Assembly: GCA_973895155.1 (NCBI GenBank)
Contig: OZ316892.1
Span: forward strand, 26,435,233-26,499,232
From: Marsupella aquatica
Lineage: Eukaryota > Plantae > Marchantiophyta
Direction: 5' to 3'
DNA: 64,000 bases
This document shows, piece after piece, positions 25,200 to 36,701 of the stretch (its first letter is position 1; each line of letters opens with the position of its first letter). The notes beneath the pieces are model-generated. The model saw nothing but the letters and a program-made list of their open reading frames with translations. It was not told where the DNA came from and made no database searches. The position numbers and the translations under genes were made by a program.

Positions 25200-26125
25200 C
25201 AATGCAACACTCTCGACACCCACCTCCCGGAGCGCAACACTCTCGACACCCACCTCCCGGAGCGCAACACTCTTGCTCGATCCTTCACTCCCGGGTTCAC
25301 TTCAAGCAGCAGCGCAGCTGCAAAGTCTCGCTCTCCCCTTCACTCCCGGGTTCACTTCAAGCAGCAGCGCAGCTGCAAAGTCTCGCTCTCCCCTTCACTC
25401 TAATCAGCACACGCAACTGAGAAGTCTCGCTCTCCCCTTCACTCTAATCAGCGCACGCAACTGAGAAGTCTCGCTCTCCCCTTCACTCTAAGCAGCAGCG
25501 CAGCTGAGATGTCTCGCTCTCCCCTTCACTCTAAACAGCAGCGCAGCCAGGAACTCTTGGTCGATCCTTCACTTCAAGCTGCAACGGCAGCAGCACAGCC
25601 GAGAGCGCAACACTCTCGCTCTCCCCTTCACTCCAAGTAGCAGCGCTTCACTCGATCCTTCGCTCGATCCTTCACCGAGAACTCTCGCTCTCCCCTTCAC
25701 TCTCGCTCTCCCCTTCACTCCTTCGCTCGATCCTTCGCCGAGAACTCTTGCTTGATCTTTCACTCCAGCCGCAGCAGCAACGCAGCTCGATCCTTCTCCG
25801 AGAAATCTTGCTTGATCCTTCACTCCAGCCGCAGCAGCAACGCAGCTCGATCCTTCACTCCAGCCGCAGCTCGATCGTTCACTCCAGCCGCAGCTCGATC
25901 CTTCACTCCAGCCGTAGCTCGATCCTTCACTCCAGCCGCAGCAGCAACGCAGCTCAATCCTTCACTCCAGCCGCAGCAGCAGTGCAGTCGAGAGCACAAC
26001 AGGAGTCGATCCTTCACTCCAGCAACAGTGTAGTCGAGAGCACACTCTTGCTCGATCCGACCTTCACTCCAAGTGCAGTCGAGAGCACACTCTCGCTCGA
26101 TCCGACCTTCACTCCAAGCAGGAGC
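25200..26125. repeat. Complex tandem-repeat array near the right end of the transposon
   Basis: Many copies of CCTTCACTCC, CTCGATCCTTC, CTCGCTCTCCCCTTCACT and CAGCCGCAGC in units of about 24-50 bp. Confidence 0.9.
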
Positions 26126-26962
26126 ACAACTGGTTTAGACCCCGTTTAGACCATTTGCTGCAAGGTACAAACAAAAGAGACTCTGTTGAGGCAAAGAGCG
26201 GGTGGGGCCAAAGGGATAGTGGAGGGAAACGACACGGGAGGAGACTGACAAGGGCCAATTGAGGTAAACGAGACACGTTAAACAGAAAAATTTCAAACTT
26301 AATCCCGGTCAAACCCTAAACGTGAGTCCCCATAAAACCAGATCATTCTCAAATTCTTGCCATGTTAACATATTAGAAAAATTAGGAAAATATATTGGGA
26401 ATGTTATGTGTGCCACGTGTACCAATGACATAGTGACACGTGTACTTTACATAGTCCAACACAAAGACCCCCTAACTTCTTTGTATGCCTTCCATCTACA
26501 AAGTCAAAAATATTAATATCCCTATTATTCTTACAAGTTGTCCAACATATAAAGTTGGCCCTATTGTTCTTACACAAATCTTCTTAAGTCTTCCGAGAAA
26601 CCCAATTAACGGACCCTATACTTCGTCGCACGTGATATGAGATTTTCGCGGAGTGAGACCCCCGAGGGTGTTGGGATTGGTGAGGGCGTTGGGTGGCTAG
26701 CTAGGTCCACCACTTGTATGGACACATGGACATCTCGGCTAACCAAAGTGAAAAAAAATTCAAAAAAAGTTTTTTCTCTCTCTCAAGTCTTGAGACTGAA
26801 ACAAATCAAATATTTTTTTCCCATTTTCTTGGGCGTTGCAACTTGGTGGCCTCTTTGAGATGACATGGTAACTATCAGGTCGATTGATATAAGGTCGACT
26901 AATGGAGATGACTAATAACTGATAGGATGGCTGATCTCAAAAAGAGCAACTCCTGTTTGAAG

Positions 26963-27170
26963 CCCTGGGCCCTCAGTCCAAGTAAAATTAGTGAAGTCAA
27001 CCCCCTTGCGATTGTGACCCCGTTGCTTTTACTCCTTGTTATTTCTGTTTTTCTATAAAAGGTTGTCTTGTTATTGATAATATTAATAATTATTAGTTCA
27101 AAATGAGTAAAAACCAACCTTCAAACATTCGCATGTACTCTGCATATTATTTAAGACTGAGGCCTCAGGG
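26963..27170. mobile_element. 208-bp MITE with 8-bp TSD
   Basis: TIR CCCTGGGCCCTCAGTC / GACTGAGGCCTCAGGG; exact TSD GTTTGAAG at 26955-26962 and 27171-27178. Confidence 0.85.
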
Positions 27171-27238
27171 GTTTGAAGGACTTACCAAAGGCCAGAGCTA
27201 GAATTGCGGTGACAGGTTTGCAAGAGGTAGAAAATGAT

Positions 27239-28416
27239 AAACAAAAGCCCGGATGGACTCCTATGTTGGCCCCACCTATCCCCATGGACTATGACAGGGG
27301 ACAGACCATTTTACATCTAATTATGAGACAGCCCAACTGCAATTGGATGATAAATACCCTCATTAATTATTTTTGTCAGCCTAAGAACATTATGTGTTCC
27401 CCTCAAAGTCAAATTGAGAATCTCAATGAAATGGAGTGAAGATGCACATTTAAAATCTTCCACAGCTCCGTCGTGGCAAAGTACTCGAAGTGCTCCTTGT
27501 AACAAGAGGAGCGCTCTCTAAAAAATTGGATTCATATTCAATATTTCCCCAAAAGTTCTCAAGTAGCTCTTTAGCAATAAATAAGTCAAACACTATTTAT
27601 AACAAGAACAATGGTCTCTCAGAAATGGTATTCGACAACAATGCTTATGCAAATTAAAATTAGCTCCACAATGAAAAAAATTATACAGTCTCGATAACAA
27701 AAGCAATGTTATATAAAATACAAGATTATGTAAAAACATTTCTGAAAGTTGTATAGTCATTCCGCAAACTGTCAATGCCCTAGAACCTTAAGAAAATGTG
27801 TAGAAAAATATGAATCCATTTGTAAAAATTGAGGTTATTTGGGCTTTAGATTCGCCCCTTAGCCACCTTGGTGAGAATTGTTTCTTTGGTTCATGAGTTA
27901 TTGTGTTGCTTGCTTCCGCTTTAGGGCGCTTATAAACATTAAAAAATATTTTTGAGTAAATTAAGTTCATTTGGTATTTTACCATTGAGAAAATTACCTG
28001 AGGCAGTATGAGTAAAATGTGAAGCACACAATTTACTCAAAGTTTCATAAACCATGAAGGCCAAATCAGGTATTAATATAAGGACCTAAATGTACTTAAT
28101 TTATATTTCATATTTTTATTGAACTGTGTTGGGGGAATGGATCAAAACTTTCAATTAAAGTGCTTTGGCCTCTGACAAAATATCTTTAAGACATGAGTGA
28201 GGACAGAGTTGAGTTAGTGGCAGGGAGGACAGAGTTAGTGACAGGGAAAGTCTTTGGAGAGAAGTGATGCTTTGGTCATTGACAATGTTTTGTATGGACA
28301 GAAAAGTAAACACTAGTATCCATGCATATTTTTGTGTTTTAGCCCAGTCCATCCAAGTTTCATTTATCCATGGGGGCTTCATGAAGAACCTATTAGTCCA
28401 TCCGGGCTTTAAGTTC
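27239..28416. mobile_element. Non-autonomous TIR element with 10-bp TSD (Mutator-like)
   Basis: Inverted termini share AAAGCCCGGATGGACT. TSD AGAAAATGAT at 27229-27238 and 28417-28426. Empty site at about 42937-42960. Confidence 0.8.
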
Positions 28417-30175
28417 AGAAAATGATGTGCACGTTGATCAATTGGTCCTTGGCGGGATGGTAGTCTTTTTCTTCTATTTTTGAACTGAGGGATAGCCAAC
28501 GCTTTTATGAGGGCAATGTTGTATCCACCCAATGCATCTACTAGATACACCCCCAAAACAAGCTCAACATGCATAAAACTTTCAAATGTTTTTGGGTTGT
28601 GACACTGATCCTCAAAGTGGGTGATTTTAGTGATTTGGGATGACAGAGAATATAGTAAAATACCCCATGGATAAAACGCCCAGACAGAACTCCTTGAGCA
28701 AGCAACTTGGTGCCCTTAGTTATCACTTCCAGCAACAACTCCCATACAAAGTTGCACTTGCTCTTTAACACAATCATTGCTCAACGGCCCTCATTATCTG
28801 CACAAGCAACCCAACACATTGACAAGAAACCCAACATGATCTAGGATCTCCAAGACCATTGTTTTGACTCAAGCTCAACAATTGTTAGTACGTAGGTCAA
28901 TGACTAGAACCTTTCGGGCCCTTGTGGCCTTGCTATAAGCCAAAGCTAGGGCTGACACCCACTATTCGTCTAGAATAGCCCCTTTATCAGGTGCTGGCTG
29001 AGCTTCCCCACTTTCTATCTATCACTGGCTGACCTCCTAGCTTCCAGGACATGCTCATGGCCCTCAACCCTCGCCTCAACCTTGATTCCAAGTGAACCCA
29101 ATTGCGTGGACATGCAACTAACTTGCTATGTCCATAACTTTCTAGTTAGACGTCTGTAAGTATTAAAGTGCCTTATCCCGTTGTGATTGGGCCAACCTGA
29201 TGCTCATGCCCAGGCTCTCAAATCAGAGGTCCCGGTTGACTACACCTGCATGGCGCCGTATCTTATGCGTCAAACGTCTGTTTTGTAGGAAGTAAACTTC
29301 TTTGGCCTTGGGCCCAAGAGGAGCTATCACTCAAGCCCTCAGAATGCAAAGTCAATCTAGGGGTCCAGGCGGTCCACCTTGAGCTCAACATGACCCAACC
29401 AGCTCCCAATGCTAGTCTAAGTCTTTTGTGTGCGTCACCAACTTAGCGCATTCAATTTGCCTTTGCTAGTCCCGTTGCTAGTGCACCGCTTCATTGCCCA
29501 CTACTCTTAGTTCCCATATTTAGTCCCCACTAGATGCCCATTCCGGAGGCCTGGACCATAGAGAAGCTCAACGTTGGAGTCAGCGACGCTGGAGCTAAGT
29601 GGTAGGGTAGTCACTTGAGTTCCATGACTAGAATGAACCTTCAAGTGTGAGCACAAGTTTGTGTGCCTCTTGGGTATACCCCCTCCCATGCATGGCCTGT
29701 GGGTACCTGGAACTCAAACACCTAGCTAGTACAATTATGAAAGTAAATAAGTTATACCCCGAGTTATACTAGAGGCATAACCTAACACATGTGAAGCGGG
29801 ATGTGAAGACAACGTACATCCATGTTTCAAAAAGATCCATTTTTGGTTGCGTCCACCTTTGCCCCCATCTAAACCCATAGAAAATAGCAAGTCTGCGCCC
29901 GAGTCTGTGAAACTAAGGATGTTTTGTCCCTTAATTTCCTGGTTTTGTCGAGCGGTGTCTATTTTTTGTCTCACCGCTTCTGGTCCTTACATGTAAAAGG
30001 CCGCGGTGTATTATGACAGCAGGGAGCAACACATGTTGTGCTCCCGGTTGTGCTCCGCTGACCCCGCTCCTCCCAAGTGGATGCTCGTTCTTCTTGTTCT
30101 CTTTTGTTTGAATTCAAACTGGTTTCTCCTCGTTTGATGTGCTCTGACTCTCTAAGGATGTACTTATGTCCTGGG

Positions 30176-31675
30176 CCCTGGGCCGTCACTAAGGGAAATG
30201 TAATGAGATATACCTATGACCGAAGCCTCCCCAGCCCTGGGGAAACACTTAGGCTAAAACTCCAAATACCCCTGTGAACACTTACATGTTATATACCCCT
30301 TATTAATTTTCATATGGCGAATTTAAAAGACCCTTGAAAAATGTAATAAATAATTTTCAATATATTAAAAATACCCTTGAGTCATTTATAAGTACATTGG
30401 AAACTCATTGTAAAATCACTTGTGTCTTTATAAAGTATTGTGTATGCACTACTACGATATGATGAAGTGCACATGTATAGTTCCTACTTTAACAACTAAT
30501 ACCCTTGTAAAAAATTAAACTACCAATACATGACTTACACTAAGCAAGTGACATGTGGACCAATCCACTGGTGATGCATGACATACACTATGTAATTATA
30601 CCCTTGCATAGAAATAAAAATATTTTGAGATAGGAGTTAATTAATCCCCTTCATTACAAATTTGTGATTATAATTATTAATTGGGTAGGATTTTAAATAG
30701 CCTTCATTTGTTTGCACGTGGTTCTAAGAATCCGACGAGTGATTCCCCAGGGCTCCCCAGGTACCCCTTGTTATATTTTGGAGGAATATATAAATCTATC
30801 TTGTTCGTTCTAAACATAATTTTAGTCCTATTTAAAATCATCCTAAGTTATTATAATCGTTGATATTTTAGGATTTAAGGTGCCCTTCATTTGTTATACA
30901 AACAAGGTTTAGAAGATGCATATAAGCGTCTTCTTCACATCGGGCCGTCCATTGTAGGGCAACCTCCCATTGAACGACTCCAAGAACCCAAAACCCAGGT
31001 TACACCCAAATATGAGAGGATTGGGGGGTTTAGGGTTTGGGGTTCTCATGTGAGAACTGGTACAAGAGACTAACCCTACCTATCATATACCCTAAACCAA
31101 TGAGACTATGACACATGGACCAATCAAATGCTGACACCTATGATGGAGTATTTACATACCCCACCAGCTAATGTAATGGGCAACCAAATCTATTCATTAA
31201 AAGTGTATTTTATCTTGTTCACTTTTTGGCCTCTAAATGTTCACTTTTTGTTCTCTAGATGTACACTTTTTAACCCCAAAAGGTACAATATAGTACACTA
31301 CTCTACACCTAAATGATCAATTGTAAACTTGAGAGTGAAAAAATGATCTCTACTAGAAGGAGTCTCATCCTAGTTTATTTACAAATGATGAACATGGTGG
31401 TACATTTGATGGCAAGCATCTTTATTTCTTGTCCAATTGTACACTTTTTGAAAGCCAAATGTACACTTTTTGTTACCCAAATGTTCATAAATTGAATAAT
31501 AATTCACTTTTAATGAATAGATTGATAGTCTTCATTCCTTCTAACCTATACTACGCATATATGGTGCCCTAGTTCATTCTAACCTTGTTCTAATATTATT
31601 TTCAAAACAAATTAAAAAAAACTCATCGGACGTTCGCATGTATGTTTCGTTATTTCATAAGCTGAGGGCCCAGGG
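30176..31675. mobile_element. Non-autonomous TIR element with 8-bp TSD, containing a nested MITE
   Basis: Termini CCCTGGGCCGTCA / TGAGGGCCCAGGG; exact TSD GTCCTGGG at 30168-30175 and 31676-31683; empty site at about 46734-46745. Confidence 0.85.
30235..30752. mobile_element. ~520-bp MITE with 8-bp TSD, nested
   Basis: Termini CCCTGGGGAAACACT / AGTGATTCCCCAGGG; exact TSD CTCCCCAG at 30227-30234 and 30753-30760. Confidence 0.88.
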
Positions 31676-31933
31676 GTCCTGGGTGACTCTTGGGGAGGCC
31701 AGAGAACAATATTCAATACACAATTTGCAACATTCACTTGGACTCATGACTCAATGTTTACTATCTTGTGTGTATACATTTTGTACTCTGAGTTCTTGAT
31801 TACGTGTGGAGATTTTTCACGTTGTCTGCTGCTTATTTAGTTTTACACTCCCAATCACAAAGTCCCATGTGCAAGTCCTTATACCTGCAATTCACCAAGA
31901 AATTGTAGAAATTCCTAGAATTCAAAAACCAAC

Positions 31934-34900
31934 TGTCGTATGGCCGGAAGAACAGTCACAAAGTAACAATATATCTTTGTAAACTCAAAATTCAGTCCCT
32001 TTAAGAACAGATTTGGAATAGATTGAATGAATTAACACTTTTGAGTAGTTTAGAGCTCTTGCTCCAAAATTTTCAAACTTCTAAAAATGATAAAATTAAC
32101 AAAAGGAAAAGGAAAAGAAGACTCTTGAGTTATGGATCAAAAGGGAGGTTAAAACTGCAATCATTTTTTTTTTAAATTTGCTATTGCCACTCCTTCAGAA
32201 AGGACTATGGTCTTAGTATAGACAAAGGTAAAAATTATCCTACCAGATTCACTATTCTTTTGAGACATAAAAATGTGAAATAAAAGAATCTTTTGCTCAC
32301 CAAACCCAAAGTACATTTCTGGTTGGTTTTACTCAGATATATACTAAAATGCTGTCAACATGGTTTGATTGTCAGCGATTCGCAATTCAAATCAAACTCT
32401 AATACATATGCCAAAGTAAAACAATGGTACTTTGATACTCCGAAAATAGAATCTTGCTCCTTCCAACTCAAATATTTATCCTTGAATTAGCTAGTAAATC
32501 TTGTCACAGCAAGCAGGCCTAGTAGTGAGTTCGATGGGAATCTCATAAGATTGTGATCAAAACTAAATCACCAAAAGTGTCGTATGCTAACAAAAGCAAA
32601 TATCAACAAATATGTGCTAAAACTCGGTGTTCGTTCCTATGGAAGAACAAGAATGGAATGATAAGATGTTTTAAAGTGTTATGAGTGGTTTAGAGAGGAA
32701 ACTCAAACCTCTATCAAATAAACACACAAGAAAAACAAAACAAAATTGAAAGAACTAAGAAAACACAATGAAAATGCTTTTTGTCATAAAGTATGATGTT
32801 TGAGACTTTTCAAGCCAGACTTCAACACTGAGATACCTCCATCACCACTCCTTCAAAAAGGATTATGGCCAATTTTAAGATGTTAGAAAGATACTCCAAA
32901 CCCCTATCTAACTGCTTCTCAAACTCATAGTTACTTTCAATCTCTACAGTTTCCTAGCATTAGCTCACTATACCCACAATGATCTTTCTGGACAAAGTTG
33001 CTCAAGTGGTCAGACCCCGTAAACTGATGGCAACAGGTTTCAACTCACTGGAGATACGCAACTCGGAGTGAAAACTACCGGGCTTTGCTTACACAATGGT
33101 GGTACTAAATCACATGAATATAGACTATTGCCCTAGAGTGTTCAAAAGTAATCCATCTTAAATTCACAGATTTCATAATGACAAAAGTTTGTATAATCAA
33201 TTGTCACCAAATAGAATCTTCAATCATATTACACAAAGAACTTATGAACTATTAGTTTTACTTCATAAGTCAAGCTCCTCAAGGAACTCAACCATGGAAG
33301 GAGTATAGTCTCCTATTGACTACCTAGGAGCGAAATCCAAAATGCATTGGATTTCTCCTTTGGTATCATAGGGACAATCTCTATGACATAGATATGCAAG
33401 AACTAACCTACCTAACTAGTGTATCATCATTCCTTATATAATGCCTCAAGCAAGGATGGTCTAACAAGAAAGATGAAAAGACATCCCTTCAAAGAAAACT
33501 AATTTGTAAAACAAAATAGAACTAATTAAAATTTGATGTAAAATGCAAATATAACAAACATAGACCTGATTAGAAACCAAGTAAACCAACTCCAAAAATT
33601 CTAGAACTTTGCCAGCAAGTAGATTATACTTCAAAGATCATACTTGCAAATTTCAAGCTAAACTGAAGTTCTTGAAGACTTTCAAATAATAGGAGCTTTT
33701 GATGATAAATACATAATAGTGCATTAGACTTGAGCACTTCTCAGGGCATCTTTTATCAAATGGTTGAGGGTCTCTTAAAAGTGTCACATATAAAAGGTTT
33801 GGGCACCATTCACGGAACATCTTTTGTAAAATTTGGGTGATGTCCCTTGTGTAAGTCACCAAAGTATTCAAATGCAATTGAGAAGCTCCCAAAAGCTTGA
33901 AAATTTTGTCATTTCATCATTTCTTCTTCTTTCTTTTAGCATTTCTCAGATAAGTGGTATTCCACAAAAGGAATCTCCTGAATTCATTTGAAAATTATAG
34001 CATATGCTTTACTTCCACACAAGATCTTCTTGTTAAAATGGAAGGTTATTCAGAAATTCCCTTACTGAATAAAGTTGTCCCCCCCCCCAAAAAAAAAAGA
34101 TAATCAAAGGGGTCTTATAAGATTAGAATTCTAGCACAAAGAAAGAACTGAAGAGACATGCCTTTTCAGACCTCAAATCCCTTAAAGGTAATCCTAGAAA
34201 AGATAGAAAAATTAAAGTGTTGGAAATGGATGTTGCTAGAAATGTCGAAATTGCAGTGGATGCTTTGGAAAGCATCTTGGTGGACCCTTTGCAAAGCGTC
34301 GGTGCTTTCGCTAAAAGTACTAAACGGTGACTTTGTCGGAATTATAACTTCTAAACTAAAAGTAGGAATGAAATGAAACGTTTTGAGGGTACTCTACTAC
34401 ATATAATTTCTATGCTGGTAAAGTTTCAGACTTTTCTGAGACCTCTAAATGCTTCAAATAAATAGACAAAAGTGTTGCAAAGTAATAAAAAGGGGAAAAA
34501 CCGGAAAATGTTCATAGTGTTGGAACTTGGCGGACGCTTCACAAAGCATCCAAAATTACAAAGGGACTTTGTGGACGCTTCAGAAAGCGTCGTCGGAAAT
34601 CTCATAGCAATGTCTATCTTTCGGCCTTCCAAGTGGACGCTTTTCTTAAGCGTTGGGTTTTGTGGGATGCTTTACAAACGTCAGTATTGATGTCGCCTCT
34701 GGTGTTGGATGCTTTGGAGTGCTAGTACATTGGTGGCGTCTTTAGTAATGGACGCTTCAGTGGGTGTCGAGGTCTCCAAAATGCTTAAGTCAGCGGTAGT
34801 AGATGGGCGTCGGCTTTGGGCAGCAGACACTTCCGTCAATCGTCTATACTTGGCGGATGCTTCATAAAGCATCTTTCGTTCCTTTGTCAAGCACAGACAC

Positions 34901-35198
34901 TTTAGAAAGCGTCGATTCTTTCGTGGACGCTTTACAAAGCGTCAGGGCATCTTATTAACTTTGGATTGCGGATGCTTCACAAAGCGTCGGTATTGTGATG
35001 GACGCTTTACAAAACGTCGTGTACTTAGTTGCGTTTGGAGTTGGAGACTCTTACAGCGGAGTAGTTTCAGACGGATGCTTCATAAAGCGTTGGATTGGAG
35101 TGGATGCTTTACAAAGCGTAGTCTTTTGCTATCAAAAAGTTTGAAAATTTCCGAAATAAGCTCCAGTTCATGAAATCTGACCAAAATGCCTTTCCACA
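31934..35198. mobile_element. Putative solo LTR (3265 bp)
   Basis: Starts TG and ends CA; 5-bp TSD CCAAC at 31929-31933 and 35199-35203. Empty site AAAACCAACTGAAGAAAT at about 46970-46988. No long ORF. Confidence 0.8.
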
Positions 35199-36439
35199 CC
35201 AACTGAAGAAATAATTCATTGTCTTCACAAGAAAACATTGAGCAATTGTAGGTTGCATCTTGTGGTAGGCTTTGCATTGCTTTGTACTATGCTATTGCCA
35301 TGTGCTAGAGTGTAGGCTGAAATAGTGAACTCCACAATCAGGTACCACATAAGAACTCCACATGCAATTGTGAACTTCACAGGAAGGCAAAACAAGGCAT
35401 TCAATTGCACATCAAAATATGACCATAGACGCCTACAATGTCACTCCTTACCATGATAACCCCATTTATTCTCTGTACATCACTTATTCATTCTACAACC
35501 GTCCAATTACAGGAGTGCGCAAGGCACCACACAAGAACTTGAGTAATTTAATATCAGGGTGCAAACTGTGACAAGATGAACATGAAAAAAGTTGGGGTCC
35601 ATCAGGGCAACTTTTCCACAAGGGTGTCGATCAAGCAATAGTTTTCTTAAAGCGACTGAAGTACGTCCACTCTGACTCTAGCTGATGTTTGACCCTGGCT
35701 GATGTTGTACAGCTTCAGAACAGGTTGCGATCCGAAGAAAGCATAGATCTGGAGGGTTCGTTGGGCTGTTGGGGTATGGCCCGAGCTGAAAACCTCCTGT
35801 AATCGACCGTAGAAAGCTTCTATGTCGTGCCGATATTTGTGTCATGAGGAAGCTAAGATCCGACTCCCTCCGTGAACCATTCAGTTGTGAGTGATGTAAT
35901 CTTCCGGTCCAATTCCGCAAGGTTTCGACTGGAAAGCTGTACTGATTGAACCAAATTGTTCTTAAAGTCGAGTGAAAGTCCATATTCAATACTTGGAAAA
36001 CCAATAGCATACGATTGAGTTGAAAATCCACTAGTCCCAAACTGTGGGCGCGGCGAAATCGGTTCCGATCGTTCCTCCCTTGTAGAGTACTAAGTTGAGT
36101 TGCCATGCGAGATTCCTTTGCACACTCTTTTCAAGGCCCTGGGGACTCGACAGCTTTCTGAGGGGAGATTTCGAACTTACTCTGCCGAGCTGGATTGGGC
36201 TGGCTTGATCTGGCTGCAATGATGATTTCCAGCATATCTCTTCAATGGACCAGGCATCGTAGCCTACCAGGTTGCCGGAAGTGCCGGAAGCTTCAAATCT
36301 GGATTGTTGCGAGTGTTCCGCCAAACCGCGACACATGCTCATGAATTGAAATTGAATCTGGTCCTGTATCCCTGCGGGAATAACAGACTTTTCCAGAATT
36401 GCAGTCTGAAGGTCTGAGTGGAACCAAGGAAAGAACATT

Positions 36440-36701
36440 CTTGGTGCAGGTAAGCTCTGCTTGAAGAATTGAGGGGAGAGTTCGTTGTTTCAAGCATAGA
36501 GCTTATTCGTTTCACGGAGCCATCAGGGCATGCCTTGGGGATGTATAGTCGTCCCAGACAATTTTTAGCAACAGAATATCTCTGCTCCTGCTATCCCACT
36601 TTTTGATAAATGTTGTTTTCAGCTTTGAATCCAGGTTTGCATTCGCCATTTGCTGGGACACATTTTGTTAGTCCGCTCATCATTGTTTGCAAGTGACAAC
36701 T
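36440..36701 (+). other. Possible 5' UTR intron of HNL copy 2 (also ~48255-48514 for copy 3)
   Basis: Strong donor CAG|GTAAGC at about 36450 and pyrimidine-rich acceptors (TTTTCAG ~36622, ATCCAG ~36634) upstream of the ATG; conserved in both copies. Confidence 0.35.

Larger units (their letters stand above)
16898..26666 (-). mobile_element. 9.77-kb TIR DNA transposon, P-superfamily-like, with cargo ORFs
   Basis: TIR CTCGGGGGTCTCACT at 16898-16912 and its reverse complement at 26652-26666. A second subterminal inverted match is present (ATCACCTGCGATG / ATCACGTGCGACG). Exact 8-bp TSD GGTGTTGG at 16890-16897 and 26667-26674. Internal DDE transposase. Confidence 0.9.

Noticed and set aside
25056-26149. 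Overlapping low-complexity ORFs on both strands
   Set aside because: Products of the tandem-repeat array.
34250-35125. CRISPR-like appearance of palindromic repeats
   Set aside because: Eukaryotic context, degenerate repeats, irregular spacing, no cas genes, and located inside a TG...CA element.
35678-36493. Minus-strand ORFs head-to-head with copies 2 and 3 as a possible paired partner gene
   Set aside because: Frameshifts differ between the two copies and no domain is recognisable.
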